Shown one piece after another: positions 1 through 14,640 of a stretch of DNA of 64,000 nt. The number at the start of each line of letters is the position of its first letter. Position 1 is the first letter of the stretch. The position numbers and the translations under genes were made by a program. The notes under the pieces are model-generated. The model was not told the origin of the DNA, ran no database searches, and saw only the letters and a program-made list of their open reading frames with translations. Origin of the DNA: Octopus sinensis (taxonomy: Eukaryota); the NCBI RefSeq assembly GCF_006345805.1, contig NC_043004.1:67828001-67892000 (forward strand). Direction: 5' to 3'.

Positions 1-249
1 ATACGGAGATTATAGTATATTATACACGTTATTATGTCTCTACACTACATTTGTTTTACAAAAGAAAATTTACTTATTACCTCTCCTTTTCCTTGAGGTT
101 AGCAATGAAACAGATAAATTTCTGGAAGATTTTCTTCTTTACCTGAAATTTCTGCACGCAAAGAAAGAAAAGATTTACACCGCCATATTAGGATTCAAAA
201 AAAGGGGGACGCTAAGACATATCATCTATCACAGACTACAGAAGCTATT

Positions 250-617
250 GTTTCAGTCATTTGACTGCGGCCATGCTGGGGTACCGCCCTGAATCAGTTT
301 TAGTCGAGCGAATGGACTCCAGTACATTTTTTACAAGCCTGATCCCTGGTATTATTCTAACGATCCCTTTTGTAAACACACCAACACCGGTTTTCAAGAG
401 GTGATGCGGAAGACAGAGACAGAAGGTCATACACATAGATATATAGAACCATAAGTATATTGTGTGCGTGTGTGTGTGTGGGTGTGTATACAGGATTAAC
501 TTCTTTCAGTTACCGTCTACCAAAAACACTCACAAGGATTTGGTCGGCTCGAGGCTAAAGTAGAAGAAAATTGCCATATGACTGAGAAGCGACCGCCTTA
601 CCACACAACCAAGCCGG
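250..617 (-). mobile_element. tRNA-derived SINE (Octopus-type family A, internal microsatellite)
   Basis: Reverse complement matches the copies at 17925-18330 and 49193-49420 (shared motifs ggtagacgg-aactgaaagaag, aaccggtgttggtgtgttt, ccagcatggccgcagtcaaatgactgaaac); central (GT)n tract. Confidence 0.75.
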
Positions 618-1066
618 CACAAATAGCCATTCCTTACAATTGGTTAGAAAATAGAAGCAGATACTTTGTAATGCAGTGATAATTGATGCACTATTCATGA
701 AAGCTTCAGGCGATACATTTTCTCATAACTTTGCCTTCATCAAGTATGAGGAACTGATAAAAAAAACACAGAAAAGTTATCATTTTAAACTCTTTATACG
801 TTGGTAGATTCCACCCGAAACTCTTTGTAACGCTACCTCTGCACAATTTTTTCTGTATGTTACTTCAGATGTGCATACTCGCCACAAGCAAGAGTTTGCA
901 CCTCGTCTTGAATTTGCAGTAAATCACTAAATCATCCATAACCTTTGTATTATCCTCTCAAATTACACCAAAATTCCAGACACTAACAATTAATATCGTA
1001 TTTATAAAAACTTATACCTACTTTTCTGACGAAAATAATGCCGTTCTGAACATCTTGGCTGCAACT

Positions 1067-1350
1067 GTATATATATATATATATATATATATGTGTATAT
1101 GTATGTGTGTGGTGTGTTATATGTGTGTATATATATGTATATATGTGGGGGTATATGTATGTATATATTGTATATATATATATGTATGTATATATATATG
1201 TATGTGTATATATGTATATATATATGTAGTGTGTATGTGTATATATGTATGTATATGTGTATGTGTGTGTACATGTATATATATGTGTGTGTGTATACTT
1301 ATATGTTTATATGTGAGTATGTAGAGATATAAGTATATGCATGTGTTTAC

Positions 1351-1393
<43 letters not shown>

Positions 1394-2148
1394 GGTATGT
1401 GTATCGTGTATATATGTAGTGTGTTGTATGTATATGTATGTATGTGTGTATATATGTATGTGTATATGTGTATATGTGTATATATATATATATAATATAT
1501 GTATGTATGTGTATGTGTATGTTGTGTAGGTGTGCATGCATGTGTATGTGTATATGTGTATATATATGTTGTGTATATATATGTATATATATATTATGTG
1601 TATATATGTAATATATATATATAATATATATGGGTATATATATGTATATATGAGTGCGCGTGTGTGTATGTATGCATATATGTATGTATGCATGTATATG
1701 TGTATGTATATATGTGTGTAAGTGTGTGCATATATGTATATGTAAGTATGTGCGCGTGTATGAGTATGTATGTATGCTTGCACACGTGTATATATATGTG
1801 TGTGTTGTATATATATGGATGCCGTGCGTGCGTGCACGTGTATGGGTACGCATGTGTATATGTGTATGTGCGTGTATGTGTATGTATGCTATATATGTAT
1901 GCATGTATATGTGTATGTATATATGTGTGTAAGTGTGTGCATATATGTATATGTAAGTATGTGTGCGTGTATGAGTATGTATGTATGCTTGCACACGTGT
2001 ATATGTGTGTGTGTGTATATATATATGGATGCATGTGCGTGTGTGCACGTGTATGGGTACGCATTATATGTGTATGTGCGTGTATGCGTATACGTGTATG
2101 TATGTATGTGTGGGCGTATATTTGTATATGTATGTGTGAGTGTTATAT

Positions 2149-2206
<58 letters not shown>

Positions 2207-2423
2207 TATATATAGATGGGGGTGTATGTATGCGTATAAATGCATGTAAGTATGGATGTATGGATGTATGTATGTATGTTTACGTATGTATGTGTTTGTG
2301 TGTATATGTATGTAGGTGTTGTATGTATGTGTGTATATATGTATATATATATATGTTGTATATATGTTTGTGTAATATATATATGTGTATGTATGTGTGT
2401 GTATATATGTGTGTGTGTGTATG

Positions 2424-2464
<41 letters not shown>

Positions 2465-2645
2465 TATTGTTGTATATATTCTATATATATTGTATATGTA
2501 TGTGTGTGTGTATGTATATATATATGGGTATGTATCTGTATGTAGGAGTATATATATATGTGTGTGTGTGTGTGGTATGTGTATATGTGTATATATATTG
2601 TGTATTATATATTATATATGTATATTTATTGGTGTATATATATAG
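1067..2645. repeat. Compound (TA)n/(TG)n/(TATG)n microsatellite field with an internal ~210-bp duplication
   Basis: Seen directly; ~1680-1855 and ~1893-2065 are near-identical (gtaagtgtgtgcatatatgtatatgtaagtatgtg...gcttgcacacgtgtat...gtgcacgtgtatgggtacgcat). Confidence 0.9.
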
Positions 2646-2975
2646 ACTAGCCTTCTAAAGTGTAGACATGAATCTGTAGGTACGAGTACGTATGTGTATA
2701 TACGTGAACGTATGTAGATGTTTGTTTGTATGTATGAATATAACGCGTGCGTACGTGTATGTGTAATGAGTGTACGAATGGGTATGTACGTGCTAATGAG
2801 TGTGCGTGCGGGAACGAGTACTTGCCTTCTAGTAGACAGACAATTGGACATGCTGCCATCGCCAGGATCCTTAGCCCTAGCGATCAAAGATAACAAAAGT
2901 AAAAATGAAGATAATAAAATTAAAATTAGGGAATGGGCCTGTATTGATTGTGTATATATATATATATATATATAT

Positions 2976-3015
<40 letters not shown>

Positions 3016-3359
3016 ATATATATATATATGTATGTATGTGTGTATGTGTAGGTATGTATAGGCCACATGTGTACGTATGTGTGTGTGTATGTATATGTGT
3101 TTATGTATGTATGTGCACACATTTTATTTTTTTATTATTCTTTTTTATCTTTTTTATTTTTATTTTTATTTTTTATTTATTTTTTATTTTTTATTTTTTA
3201 TTTATTTTTTATTTATCTATTCTTCATCTAACTTACCACTGACTCCTGGACCACTCCCCAAGTATGATATTTTGCGCTATGCCTACCCCCCAAAAAGTCC
3301 CCCACCACCACTCCTTTAAACCTGCCTAAATGTATAATGCTAATACAATTCTTGTTAAT

Positions 3360-3410
3360 AGCTTCCTGAAGATTTCTCTTGAATGAAACAGTACTAGTCC
3401 TGTAGAAGCT
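3360..3410 (+). ncRNA. Type I hammerhead ribozyme, apparently intact core
   Basis: AGCTTC-CTGAAGA-t TTC tctt GAA t-GAAA-CAG tactagtc CTG-TA-GAAGCT. 6-bp stem I, canonical CUGANGA and GAAA, stem III CAG/CTG, GUA cleavage triplet, near-palindromic stem/loop III. Confidence 0.75.
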
Positions 3411-3524
3411 CCTTCTATATAATAATTAATTTTACTCTACTATGTATTGAGTACCTTAATTACTGTGTTAACCCCGGATCAACCCGGGACCTACATATAT
3501 ATATATATATATAATATATAATAT

Positions 3525-3556
<32 letters not shown>

Positions 3557-3564
3557 ATATATAC

Positions 3565-3775
3565 AACCCATGATTGATTCCTAGCCACTAAACTTTTTTT
3601 TAAATTTTCTCTTGCTGCTTATTTCTGTATTCATTTCTGTCGAGATGTGCGTATGCTGGTAACCTATAAGACTTTTCACTTCCCGAGCGTTAAACTAATA
3701 TATCTGTGTGTCGTTTACCACACCTGTCTTCGGCTTTCTTTGTTTTGTTTTTTTGTAAATTCCATCTATACATAT
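3565..3775 (+). mobile_element. (TA)n-flanked non-coding module with heavily decayed HHR-like motif, related to 46705-46897
   Basis: Shares ttcc(c/t)gagcgt...taata...ccaca...tttgtttt layout with the 46.8-kb module; ctgtcga...gc gtat gc...aacc at ~3637-3665. Confidence 0.4.
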
Positions 3776-3844
3776 AACCTTACTTGTTCCTAAGCACTGC
3801 CTGGCCTTACATGTCAATATAAATATACAAATGTATATACATAC

Positions 3845-3946
<102 letters not shown>

Positions 3947-4292
3947 CATGTTAAGGCCATGCATTGCTTAGGAATAAGCAAAAGTTTGTTAATTAAAATA
4001 TATTTCTAACATATTCCAACCAATATAAGGAAACAACTTTTACTATAAGCAGGATATTTGCCCGGTATTGACTTTTAGCAGTTGAATTATATCATACACA
4101 ATTTATCTTACCTAAACTTTGCAAGCATGTGTGTGTGTGTGTGTATGTGTGTGTTTGTGTGTGTGTTTGTGTGTGTGTGTGCGTATGATTGTGTAAGGAA
4201 ACACATAGATATATCAGGTGTGTGTTTTTTGTAATTATTACATATATAGATATACACACACACACACACACACACACCACACATATATATAT

Positions 4293-4342
<50 letters not shown>

Positions 4343-4839
4343 CATACATATATCATTTTATATATCGTATCAATCATATTATGTTATATCATATCATATT
4401 ATATCGTACATCATATATCACATACACGAGTTGCTTCAGGGTAACAGACGCAGAAAACGACAACAGCCGTGATTCAAGGACACATGTTAGAGCAAGGTCA
4501 CCAATTAGCAAATTGATGCAAGGACATGGGAAATTTAGCTGAATATAGAACAGTATGAAACACCTAAATGTACCGAGGAGTGAAACAGCTCGGGGAAGAG
4601 AACATCCTGGCTCTCGTAGCAAAATATCAAAGACAGAAAGGGAACACGCCGCAGGCCTGTAGTACCCTCCTTGCTTGCATATTTTGAAGAATTTGCTCAT
4701 GCACATAGGAAGGATCAGTAATGAGAGAAGCTGCAGAAAGAAGACTATGAGTGTCTAATTAAGACATTATCACTTGCCTAACCCCTATGTCAAGACGTAA
4801 ACAGCAACATATGTATAAATGTATATATATATGTATATA

Positions 4840-4904
<65 letters not shown>

Positions 4905-4977
4905 ATATATATATATTATATAAACATATATATATATATATACCGAGGAAGCACATGAAAATGAAACAAGGTTGAAA

Positions 4978-5071
4978 GCAGAAATATAACAAATGCTATT
5001 GCTCTGAGTTTCAAACTGTCCGACGAACGGGAGCGTGAAACTCTGAGTAACAGCTTTTGTTATAGTTCTGC
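4978..5071 (+). repeat. Imperfect 36-bp inverted repeat whose loop and right arm form an HHR-like motif (5016-5053)
   Basis: Arms gcagaaatataacaaatgctattgctctgagtttca (4978-5013) and tgaaactctgagtaacagcttttgttatagttctgc (5036-5071). Motif: CTGT-CCGACGA-ACG ggag CGT-GAAA-CTC t GAG-TA-ACAG. Confidence 0.7.
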
Positions 5072-5097
5072 TGCATTTAAATAAAGTATATGTTTAT

Positions 5098-5144
<47 letters not shown>

Positions 5145-5276
5145 AGCTATGTATATATGAATGTATGTGAAATTTCTCTGAAAAAGTAGTGGAAAGTGAT
5201 ATTTATGTATGTTTGTGAATACATATATATATATATATATACTAATTAGTATGCATTCGTATATATGCACATACAC

Positions 5277-5424
5277 AGAGCCGGATGTTAAATGGCCTGC
5301 CGGCGAGAACGTGTTTTGTATGCCTATGAAAAGCAGCGTCACCCTCCACCCAACGGAATTTTTCCAAAACGGCATTAGTTTTACCGTGAAAAGAAAATGT
5401 TGGAAACTTTCTGAACGCATCGTA
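5277..5424 (+). mobile_element. Probable mariner 3' remnant
   Basis: TLHPTEFFQNGI resembles the mariner transposase C-terminus, followed by TIR-like gaaactttctgaacgcatcgta. Confidence 0.35.
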
Positions 5425-6039
5425 TACACATATGTATTTTCATACACACACACTCACGCACACACTGATGCATATATGTATATATATACGAACACATTCA
5501 AACGCACATAAACGAACACATACGCACATACGTGTGCGCTACGCAAACACACACACACAGTCATATATGCGCTCATCTTGGTTCATTTTACAAAATTTGT
5601 CATTAGCCCTAATTATATGTTACTTTTCATTATGGCTGTAATTTTAGTTCATTACAAATATTTCCATATCTCATTACATAAAATAGATAGATTTTACATA
5701 GATATACTGGCTCCATACTGAAGGCACCACTGGAAATTCTTCCCATATTACATAGAAAAAGTACTTTTTCAAAGTGGTTTTGCTTCAAATTTGTTCTTTT
5801 CTAAGATTGAACAAAGAATTAAAAAAATGGGGCAATATGTGTTATTAGGAGTACAAACATATATTTCACAACAATCCAAATTAGGAAATTTATTCCTGGC
5901 AACATGTAAAGACAAAAATAAACCTTAGAATATATGGACAAAGGATGAAACTAAACTTGTATGTGTGTATACCTGTGCTTGTGTGTCTGTGCTTGAGTGA
6001 GTATTCTGTGTGTGTGTGCGTGTGATTATATATATGTAC

Positions 6040-6135
<96 letters not shown>

Positions 6136-6150
6136 ATATATATATGTATG

Positions 6151-6184
<34 letters not shown>

Positions 6185-6831
6185 TGTATGTACGTATATA
6201 AATAATGTTAACGCATAAAAATAATGAACATTTCAAAGCATATACAACGAATGAAGGTTATCAGATGCTTTGAGAAATGACAACAAAATTAATGTTTGAA
6301 GCAAATTACAAGAGACAAACAGACAGACGCACGCAGCTTTCATTTCATATAAATATATAATTAAACTAGGAAAAACAACAAAGCAATGCATAAAATATTC
6401 ATATTTGTATGTATGTGTGTATATATATATGGACAGATTGATAGATATATTATATATAAATATATGTACGTATATGTGTATATGTATAGATATATAGATA
6501 TATATATAATATATATCACATATGCTTGCGTATATATGTATGCATGTGTATATGTATGTATGAATGTATGTTTGTATGTATGCACGTGTGTTTGTCTGTA
6601 CATACGTATATGACAAAATTCAACAGAGACAAATATACTTCAGCATCTTAAAACATTTTCAAAACTAAAATGAACCAACATAAAATATATGTATGTGTGA
6701 ATATTTGACAGAAGTCAAATCTACTTGAAAGATATCGTTCAAAGAACATAGAACATCTTTCGATTCCATTTGAGTACACACATATATGATTAATAATTGA
6801 AAAGTAAGTTTTAACAAAAACTTGTAAAACA

Positions 6832-6873
<42 letters not shown>

Positions 6874-7177
6874 CACACACATGTGTGTATTTGTTTCTGT
6901 GATTGTGTTTGTTTGTGCGTGTGTGTATCACATAGGTAAAAATTGAAGCCTATAAGAGAAGAGGCCACGCATAAATAGACAATATTGTATACACACACAC
7001 ATATATATGTGTGTGTGTAGATATACGGTTTTCATGTGCATACATGCAAATAGATACAGTTGCATAATTATTTACACATATGTATGCTTATATATGTATG
7101 CATGTTACTATATTTATATACTACAAAGATGTATATAACTACGATTTACAAACGTTTGTTAAAACTCATTTTTAATT

Positions 7178-7256
<79 letters not shown>

Positions 7257-7958
7257 GAAAGAGAGAGAAAGATAGATAGAAAAGAAAGATAGAAAAAAGA
7301 AAGAAAGAAAGGGAGAAAGGGAGAAAGTGAGAGGGAGATGAATATATTTGCTATTGATTCTTATTAACTTATTAAACGAAAGGTTAGAATCTTATAACTA
7401 TTATTCTCGCGGTTCTAGAGTAATACCTTTACTGTTATAAGTTTTCAATCTTTAGTTCCCCATCATTTTGTTAAAAAAGCTATTTTGTCATCATTTCTGA
7501 AGATCTTTTCTGGTGAATCATTAACAATAACTGTAACTCAAATATTTGGCAACAGTTAAGCGTTTACAATATTCACAATAGACCTATAATCCTCATTTGC
7601 CTTATATCTTCCCTATCTTCGTGGGTTAGTTTGAATCTTATATTAGAAACAAGACACGAAATGTATTCTCTCTATAAGGACACCATGTTTATGCTTCGTT
7701 TGTTTTATGCAGTTTAGCGTCCCTGATTTTAAAGGTAAATAAAATGACCTGAGAGATATTTGACTGCACCTTACATTTGACATCGAGAATATGGTAACAC
7801 TAGTAGTTATCTATCCACAGCAGAAACCTAGTAGTTGTAGTAGTAGTAGTAGTTGCAGCAGCAGCAACAGCAGTTGTTGTTGTTGCTGCTGTTATTCTTG
7901 CAGTCGGTGTCGTAAACGTGCTTTCATTTTTATATAAATAAGATTTAGATGTCATTAA

Positions 7959-9188
7959 TATCCGGCTGAGTAAAAAGCAAGCAACGTTTTGAAACATGAA
8001 ATTCATCGCAATATATTTCAACAATGCAGAAATTTTATTCATGAAAGTAAGTACCTTTACAATCAACACACATTTGTCAACAAGTTACAATTTTGTTTAT
8101 TCCGGTAACATAAAAATCTGGAGTTCTGAAGTCACTTTGAGAATCAGTTTGATTTTTGAATTCCTTATCAAGCTATACTTTGTAGGAGAAAGGTCTGGAG
8201 AATACGCTAGATGGGGTAGAACTGCGGAGCGAAGTTCCCTCAAATTTTGGAGCGTCATTAGTGTGTTCGAACATTGTCATGAAGAATGACTGTCCCTCTT
8301 CTGTTGACCTGTCTGGGACGGATAAGTAGCAGTATTTCGTTCATTTTAGCAATACCATGCCCGTATGTTTCTGCAGTGATGGTTTTTCCGGGTTTTAAGA
8401 AGTTTAAGTGGATGATTCTTGCAGTACACCACCAAACAGTCACCGTAACCTTCCTTTTGATGGGCTCGCGTTTAGGAAAGGTTTCGGTGCTTCATTTTGG
8501 TTAAACCCACTGCGAAAAACGTTTTATATTATTGTACAGAATCTGCGTTCCATCGCAATTTACAATACGATCATGAAATGGATCGGCCTGGTTACGGAGA
8601 AGAGCGACAAGCAAATTTCATATCAGCGCACCTTCTGATTTTCATTGAAATCGAGTTGTACATATTTGTCGAGCTTTTTTGATTTTTCGATCGCATACAA
8701 ATGGTTGCAGGTAACTTTCTTGCTAACTTGGTCTTATTTTGCCAATTGTGGAGTGGTTTTACGTGGATCTTTCTCAATGACGGTCTTTAATTGACAGGAA
8801 CGCGTGCACTAAGCTCACAATCTTCAAGTCTCAGGTATCTATTGCCAAGTCGTTGAAATCAGTTTCGAACTGACCACTCACTTCTCATTTCCTCAGAAAC
8901 GTTTCGTTGATATCGCGAGCAGTTTCAGCTGTTTTACGTCCTTTTTTGAAGTTGAACAGCAAAATTGCTCGAATATCGCGCTTTGGCAGTTCCATTTGAG
9001 ATCATTATAACAACAGTGAAAAAAATCACTATTATTTTATTGATACATTTGGGAAGGTCTGTATTATGGTCTGTATAATCAGACAATTGCACAAAAACAA
9101 TATCTTTTTAAATATTCAAAACTCTGCAAAAATCTGGTACAAATTCGTCGTGATTCAAAACGTTACTTACCTTGTACTCAACCTCATA
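7959..9188 (-). mobile_element. Full-length decayed mariner DNA transposon with TIRs
   Basis: Minus ORF 8258-8443 TVWW..IIHLNFLKPGKTITAETY...RPRQVNRRGTVILHDNVRTH matches the mariner DD34D transposase (LHDNARPH). Left TIR tatccggctgagtaaaaagcaagcaacgttttgaa; reverse complement of right TIR tatgaggttgagtacaaggtaagtaacgttttgaa. About 1.23 kb, TA after the right end, multiple stops and frameshifts. Confidence 0.9.
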
Positions 9189-10440
9189 TATTCAGGAACG
9201 CAAAGAAAAGTTCATATACATCACACAAACAAACTTAACAGAACGCAGTTAATTAAACACGATAATGTGAGGTTTGTATATAGAATTATAATAACAATTT
9301 AATTTCATAATACATCGATATACTAATGCCTAACTGTGCACTGACGAACTATGAATATATTTCAAACACACAATACACCTATTGGCTTCGTTCCCAACAT
9401 GTGCAATGCCAAGTCCGCTTTCGAATATATTTTATTTCTAAATAAAACCGAGTAAAAATTAATCCCATTATAGGATGTATTATTACTCAAAGTCTTGTAG
9501 ATTTGGTAACAGTCTAATGCATACCACAATATCGGTAGCTATTGTCAATAATGTATCAACGAAAGAAAATCTTCATTCCCGACTCTACTTGTACCCTTTC
9601 GTCCCTACAAAGAGGAATGAAATTCAAGCTTTCAAACTTTATCATAACGCTGTATGTGTTGAAACGCAAAAGATAAAGGAATTATAGAAATATATAGAAA
9701 TATAGAAATATTTGGAATAAACCTTCAGTGCTCAAATGGAAGCAAACTGAAATTATTAACTAATGTCAACAAAGTAGATGATGCCATCCATGAAGACAGA
9801 TATTTATGTACTTGCAATTAGGACGCAAAGGAATCTGACACGGAAATGTCTAATACATATTTAACTCCCTTTGTGTAACAAATAATTGACAGCTAACACA
9901 AGGGAGGTAATAAAACCTATTTTCAGGTAGGCAACGTCAAGGTTTACTATTCAGTCATGCGATATTCTCTATCGGAAGAAACATGGATATCTCAACACCT
10001 CTTTAGCTTATAGTAAGTGTATACTTTTCATTAGAGAACACTGCCGACGTTTCATAGTTTATCAAATCGACGTGGAATTTTTGTAGTAGGAGAAACAAGT
10101 CAACAACCAAATAAATGCTTCATTGAATTTATAAATTATTATACATAAGAGAGGAGCTGAAAAGAAAATACAAGAAGACAAGCTGATTATAATTTTTTAA
10201 ACATATTTGCCTCTCAGCTTCATATACTTATTGCAGCTGTCTTTCACTTTTTGTAAAAGAACTCGGAAGATTGGGCCTACAACAAGCTTGGAATGTTTTC
10301 AATACATCCTTGCATGTGTGTCTTTGTGTGTGTGTGCTTGTGTGCATTTGCGTGTCTATGTTTATGTGTGTGTGTGTATTGTGGTGGGTACATACAAGTA
10401 GGCTGAGAGAAATCTTATTAATAATATGACAAACCTTAAG

Positions 10441-10752
10441 GGCACTCCGTCGGTTACGAAGACGAGGTTCCCAGCAGATACGATCAACGGAATAGATTGC
10501 TCGTAAAATTAACGTGCAAGTGACTGAGCAATCCAAAGGCGCGTGTGCCCCTAACTTAGTTCTCAGGGAGATTTAGCGTGACATACATTGCGACAAGGGG
10601 GGCTCTTTGAAACACAAGTACAACTCATTTTCGCTAGCTGAGTGGACTGGAGCAATGTGAAATAAAGTGTCTTGCTCAAGGACACAACGCCTCGCCGGGA
10701 ATTGAACACACAACCTTACAATCGTGCCCTAACAACTAAACCAAACGCCTCC
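10441..10752 (-). mobile_element. tRNA-derived SINE (family B, CORE-like domain)
   Basis: Reverse complement begins ggaggcgtttggtttagttgttagggcacg...gttcaattcccggcg (A/B-box-like), followed by gtgtccttgagcaagacactttatttcac typical of CORE-type SINEs. Confidence 0.7.
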
Positions 10753-11074
10753 ACAATAAAAGACGTATAAACAGTGTAAATAGCAGAAACTTATTCGAAG
10801 GCAGCTTTCAAGCGCCTTCACCATTTTCAGATGTTCAAACACACGTAATAGTTACAAGATTGAAAACAGCGAAACTTCTCAGATATATACCTTCCAAAAG
10901 GTTTGTTTCTCTCGATCGGGTTGTGTTTAAAATTGTATTTATATTATTAATAATTTCCAATTTCAAAACTTTTAATAAAATGTAATAATATGAATAAGTC
11001 TTTCTCAAACTTAATATATACACATTCGTATGTATGCATACATATGCAAATATATATATGCAAATATATATATG

Positions 11075-11109
<35 letters not shown>

Positions 11110-11563
11110 ATATGTATGCATATACATATATGCATATTTATATACGTACATGCATATATATATATGTATATATGTATACATGTATACATACTTATATACA
11201 TACATAGTTACATACATACATACATATATACATACATAAATACATAATTGTCAAAACTATAAACATGTTATTATCAGAAAGAATTAATATTCTGGTAATT
11301 ATCCAATTCAATATCATGTACTATTGTTAAACGATGTTCAACAGTAAGTATGCACGCTGTGAAAATCAATTTACTATTATTTACATTACATAAGTTTTAA
11401 TTTGGATACGGTACTCACTTTTTCAACTTCACGTCTACACTGAAATCTTTGTATTCATACACAAGTACATACGAACACATACATGTATATACATATATGT
11501 ATTTAGGCATATATTATATATATATATATATATAGACATAAATATATATCTGTTTTGTGTGTG

Positions 11564-11607
<44 letters not shown>

Positions 11608-11888
11608 TTGTGTGTGCACGTCGTCAAAGAATAAACAACAATTGAATTCCTTTTTAAAAAATAATCACATATTTTATATTTTTTTATCGCTCTTTCCCGC
11701 TGATAGTATAAACTGTATCAATTATGAAGCATCAAAGCAACCTATTAATGATATTCAAAAATAAGTATCGATATATGCAACACTCAGATAAAACAGTCAC
11801 ACATGCATATACACAGATAGATATATAGCCATGCACAAATATGAACTGTGTCTCATACACACACACGTACATACAACGACACACATCT

Positions 11889-11934
<46 letters not shown>

Positions 11935-12120
11935 TGTGTGTGTGTGTGTGTGAGTGTGTGTAAGAGTATATGTTCGTGTGCGGTGCGCAATTTGGGATAT
12001 ATACGCTTACAAACAGAAATGCAATATCACTCATATATACGTATATAAATGTGTGCCTGTCTGTCCGTGTCTGTGTATGTATGCGCCTATATATATACAT
12101 ACAGATATACATGTATATAT

Positions 12121-12166
<46 letters not shown>

Positions 12167-12218
12167 TATACGTATGTATAAATAAGCACGGTGTGTGAGT
12201 GTGTGTATTGACAAACAC

Positions 12219-12275
<57 letters not shown>

Positions 12276-12331
12276 GCAGACACATATACACATACAAAAC
12301 CTGTATGAAACATGTATGCATGTGTGTGTAC

Positions 12332-12367
<36 letters not shown>

Positions 12368-12671
12368 AGAGAGAGATATAGGGAGATAGAGAGATAGATA
12401 GGTAGATAGGGAGATCGATTTGCAGATAGATAGATAGATATATAATAAACTTATGTATGCATACATGCATATAAACATGCGAGTATACATCGATCTATAC
12501 ATACATATATATGTGGCATTCAAGTAAAAAAAGAAAACAAAGGAACAATAAAGTGAAAACCAAAAATAAAAAAAGGAAGACAACATCAAAAAGAAAGAGA
12601 GAAACAGGCAACAAGAAATAGAATTTCAACTAATTTTAATAACAATCTAATGTTAAAACTTTCAAGAAATT

Positions 12672-13160
<489 letters not shown>

Positions 13161-13915
13161 AAATTACTGATGTATTCCTGCTCATGGTGTTGATGATGAA
13201 GATGGGGAAGAATAGGTAGAGGGCAATAATGTTAATGCCGATGAGAGTGATGTGGAGGATGTTAATGGTGGCTCAGGTGGCGATGGCGATCATTATTTAC
13301 CAAATAGATGCACGTAATTAATGGACAAGTAAGGAGATATGTAATTGGCAAATATTAGAAAATTTTCTGTATAATTATGATTAGATATAATGATAGTTGT
13401 GATGCAACGCCTATCAAAGTCTTGTTGCATATGACGGTATAATTACAGAAATTCGATTGGCGCTAAGTCCATTTGTTATTATTATTTTATTATTATTATT
13501 ATTATTATTGTTATTATTATTATTATATTATTATATTATTATTTTATTATTAATAATAATAATAACAAATATAATAATAATAATAATAACAATAATAATA
13601 ATAATAAATTACTGATGTATTCCTGCTCATGGTGTTGATGATGAAGATGGGGAAGAATAGGTAGAGGGCAATAATGTTAATGCCGATGAGAGTGATGTGG
13701 AGGATGTTAATGGTGGCTCAGGTGGCGATGGCGATCATTATTTACCAAATAGATGCACGTAATTAATGGACAAGTAAGGAGATATGTAATTGGCAAATAT
13801 TAGAAAATTTTCTGTATAATTATGATTAGATATAATGATAGTTGTGATGCAACGCCTATCAAAGTCTTGTTGCATATGACGGTATAATTACAGAAATTCG
13901 ATTGGCGCTAAGTCC

Positions 13916-13920
<5 letters not shown>
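13161..13920. repeat. Two apparently identical 315-bp direct repeats (13161-13475, 13606-13920) separated by (TAT)n/(AAT)n
   Basis: Both run aaattactgatgtattcctgctcatgg...cgctaagtccatttg; period 445 bp. Confidence 0.95.
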
Positions 13921-13955
<35 letters not shown>

Positions 13956-14047
13956 GTTATTATTATTATTATTATATTATTATTATTATTATTTATTATT
14001 AATAATAATAGTAATAATAATAATAATAATAATAACTTTATAAGCGT

Positions 14048-14108
<61 letters not shown>

Positions 14109-14371
14109 CTATCTTTGTGTGCACATGCGTGGGTGCATTATTAATGAACGAAGAAATATACTTCAAATATTAAGAACTTGTCATCAAACTTTTTGAAGAC
14201 AAATTGCCCTTGTTACAGTGGGTTCCTCTTTAGCTAAGCCTTACGGCAGAGTTTTTTGTACTCTTTCCTTTAAATCTGGATTGCCCTAGCAGATCAGCGA
14301 TCAAATTTGGCTCTCGTCATGACAATGTTTTGCTTAGTTTTATTCTATCTTATTTGAGGTATAAAATATAC

Positions 14372-14640
14372 GTGCGCAGTCTGGTGGTTATGATGTTGTC
14401 CTCAAGAAATTGTAATTACGGTTTCGGTTCCCGGTGCCTTATTTTCTTGATCAAAACTCTTCACCACATGTTCCTCGAGTTCTATATCAGCTGTAAGTGA
14501 ATATCTGCAGTTGCTTTCAGATTAAACCTGCGACGGTTTTGCGTTCCGTTTGCAACAGTGAGTGTTGTAGTCTCAGTCAATGTTATGCCACGGAAACCGC
14601 GGGAATCTCCTGCCTTATGGCACCCTATCACATGACGGAC
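14372..14640 (+). mobile_element. Old SINE with V-domain-like core
   Basis: Degenerate tRNA-like head, then aaacctgcgacgg...ctcagtc...atgccacggaaaccg, resembling the V-SINE central domain. Confidence 0.45.
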
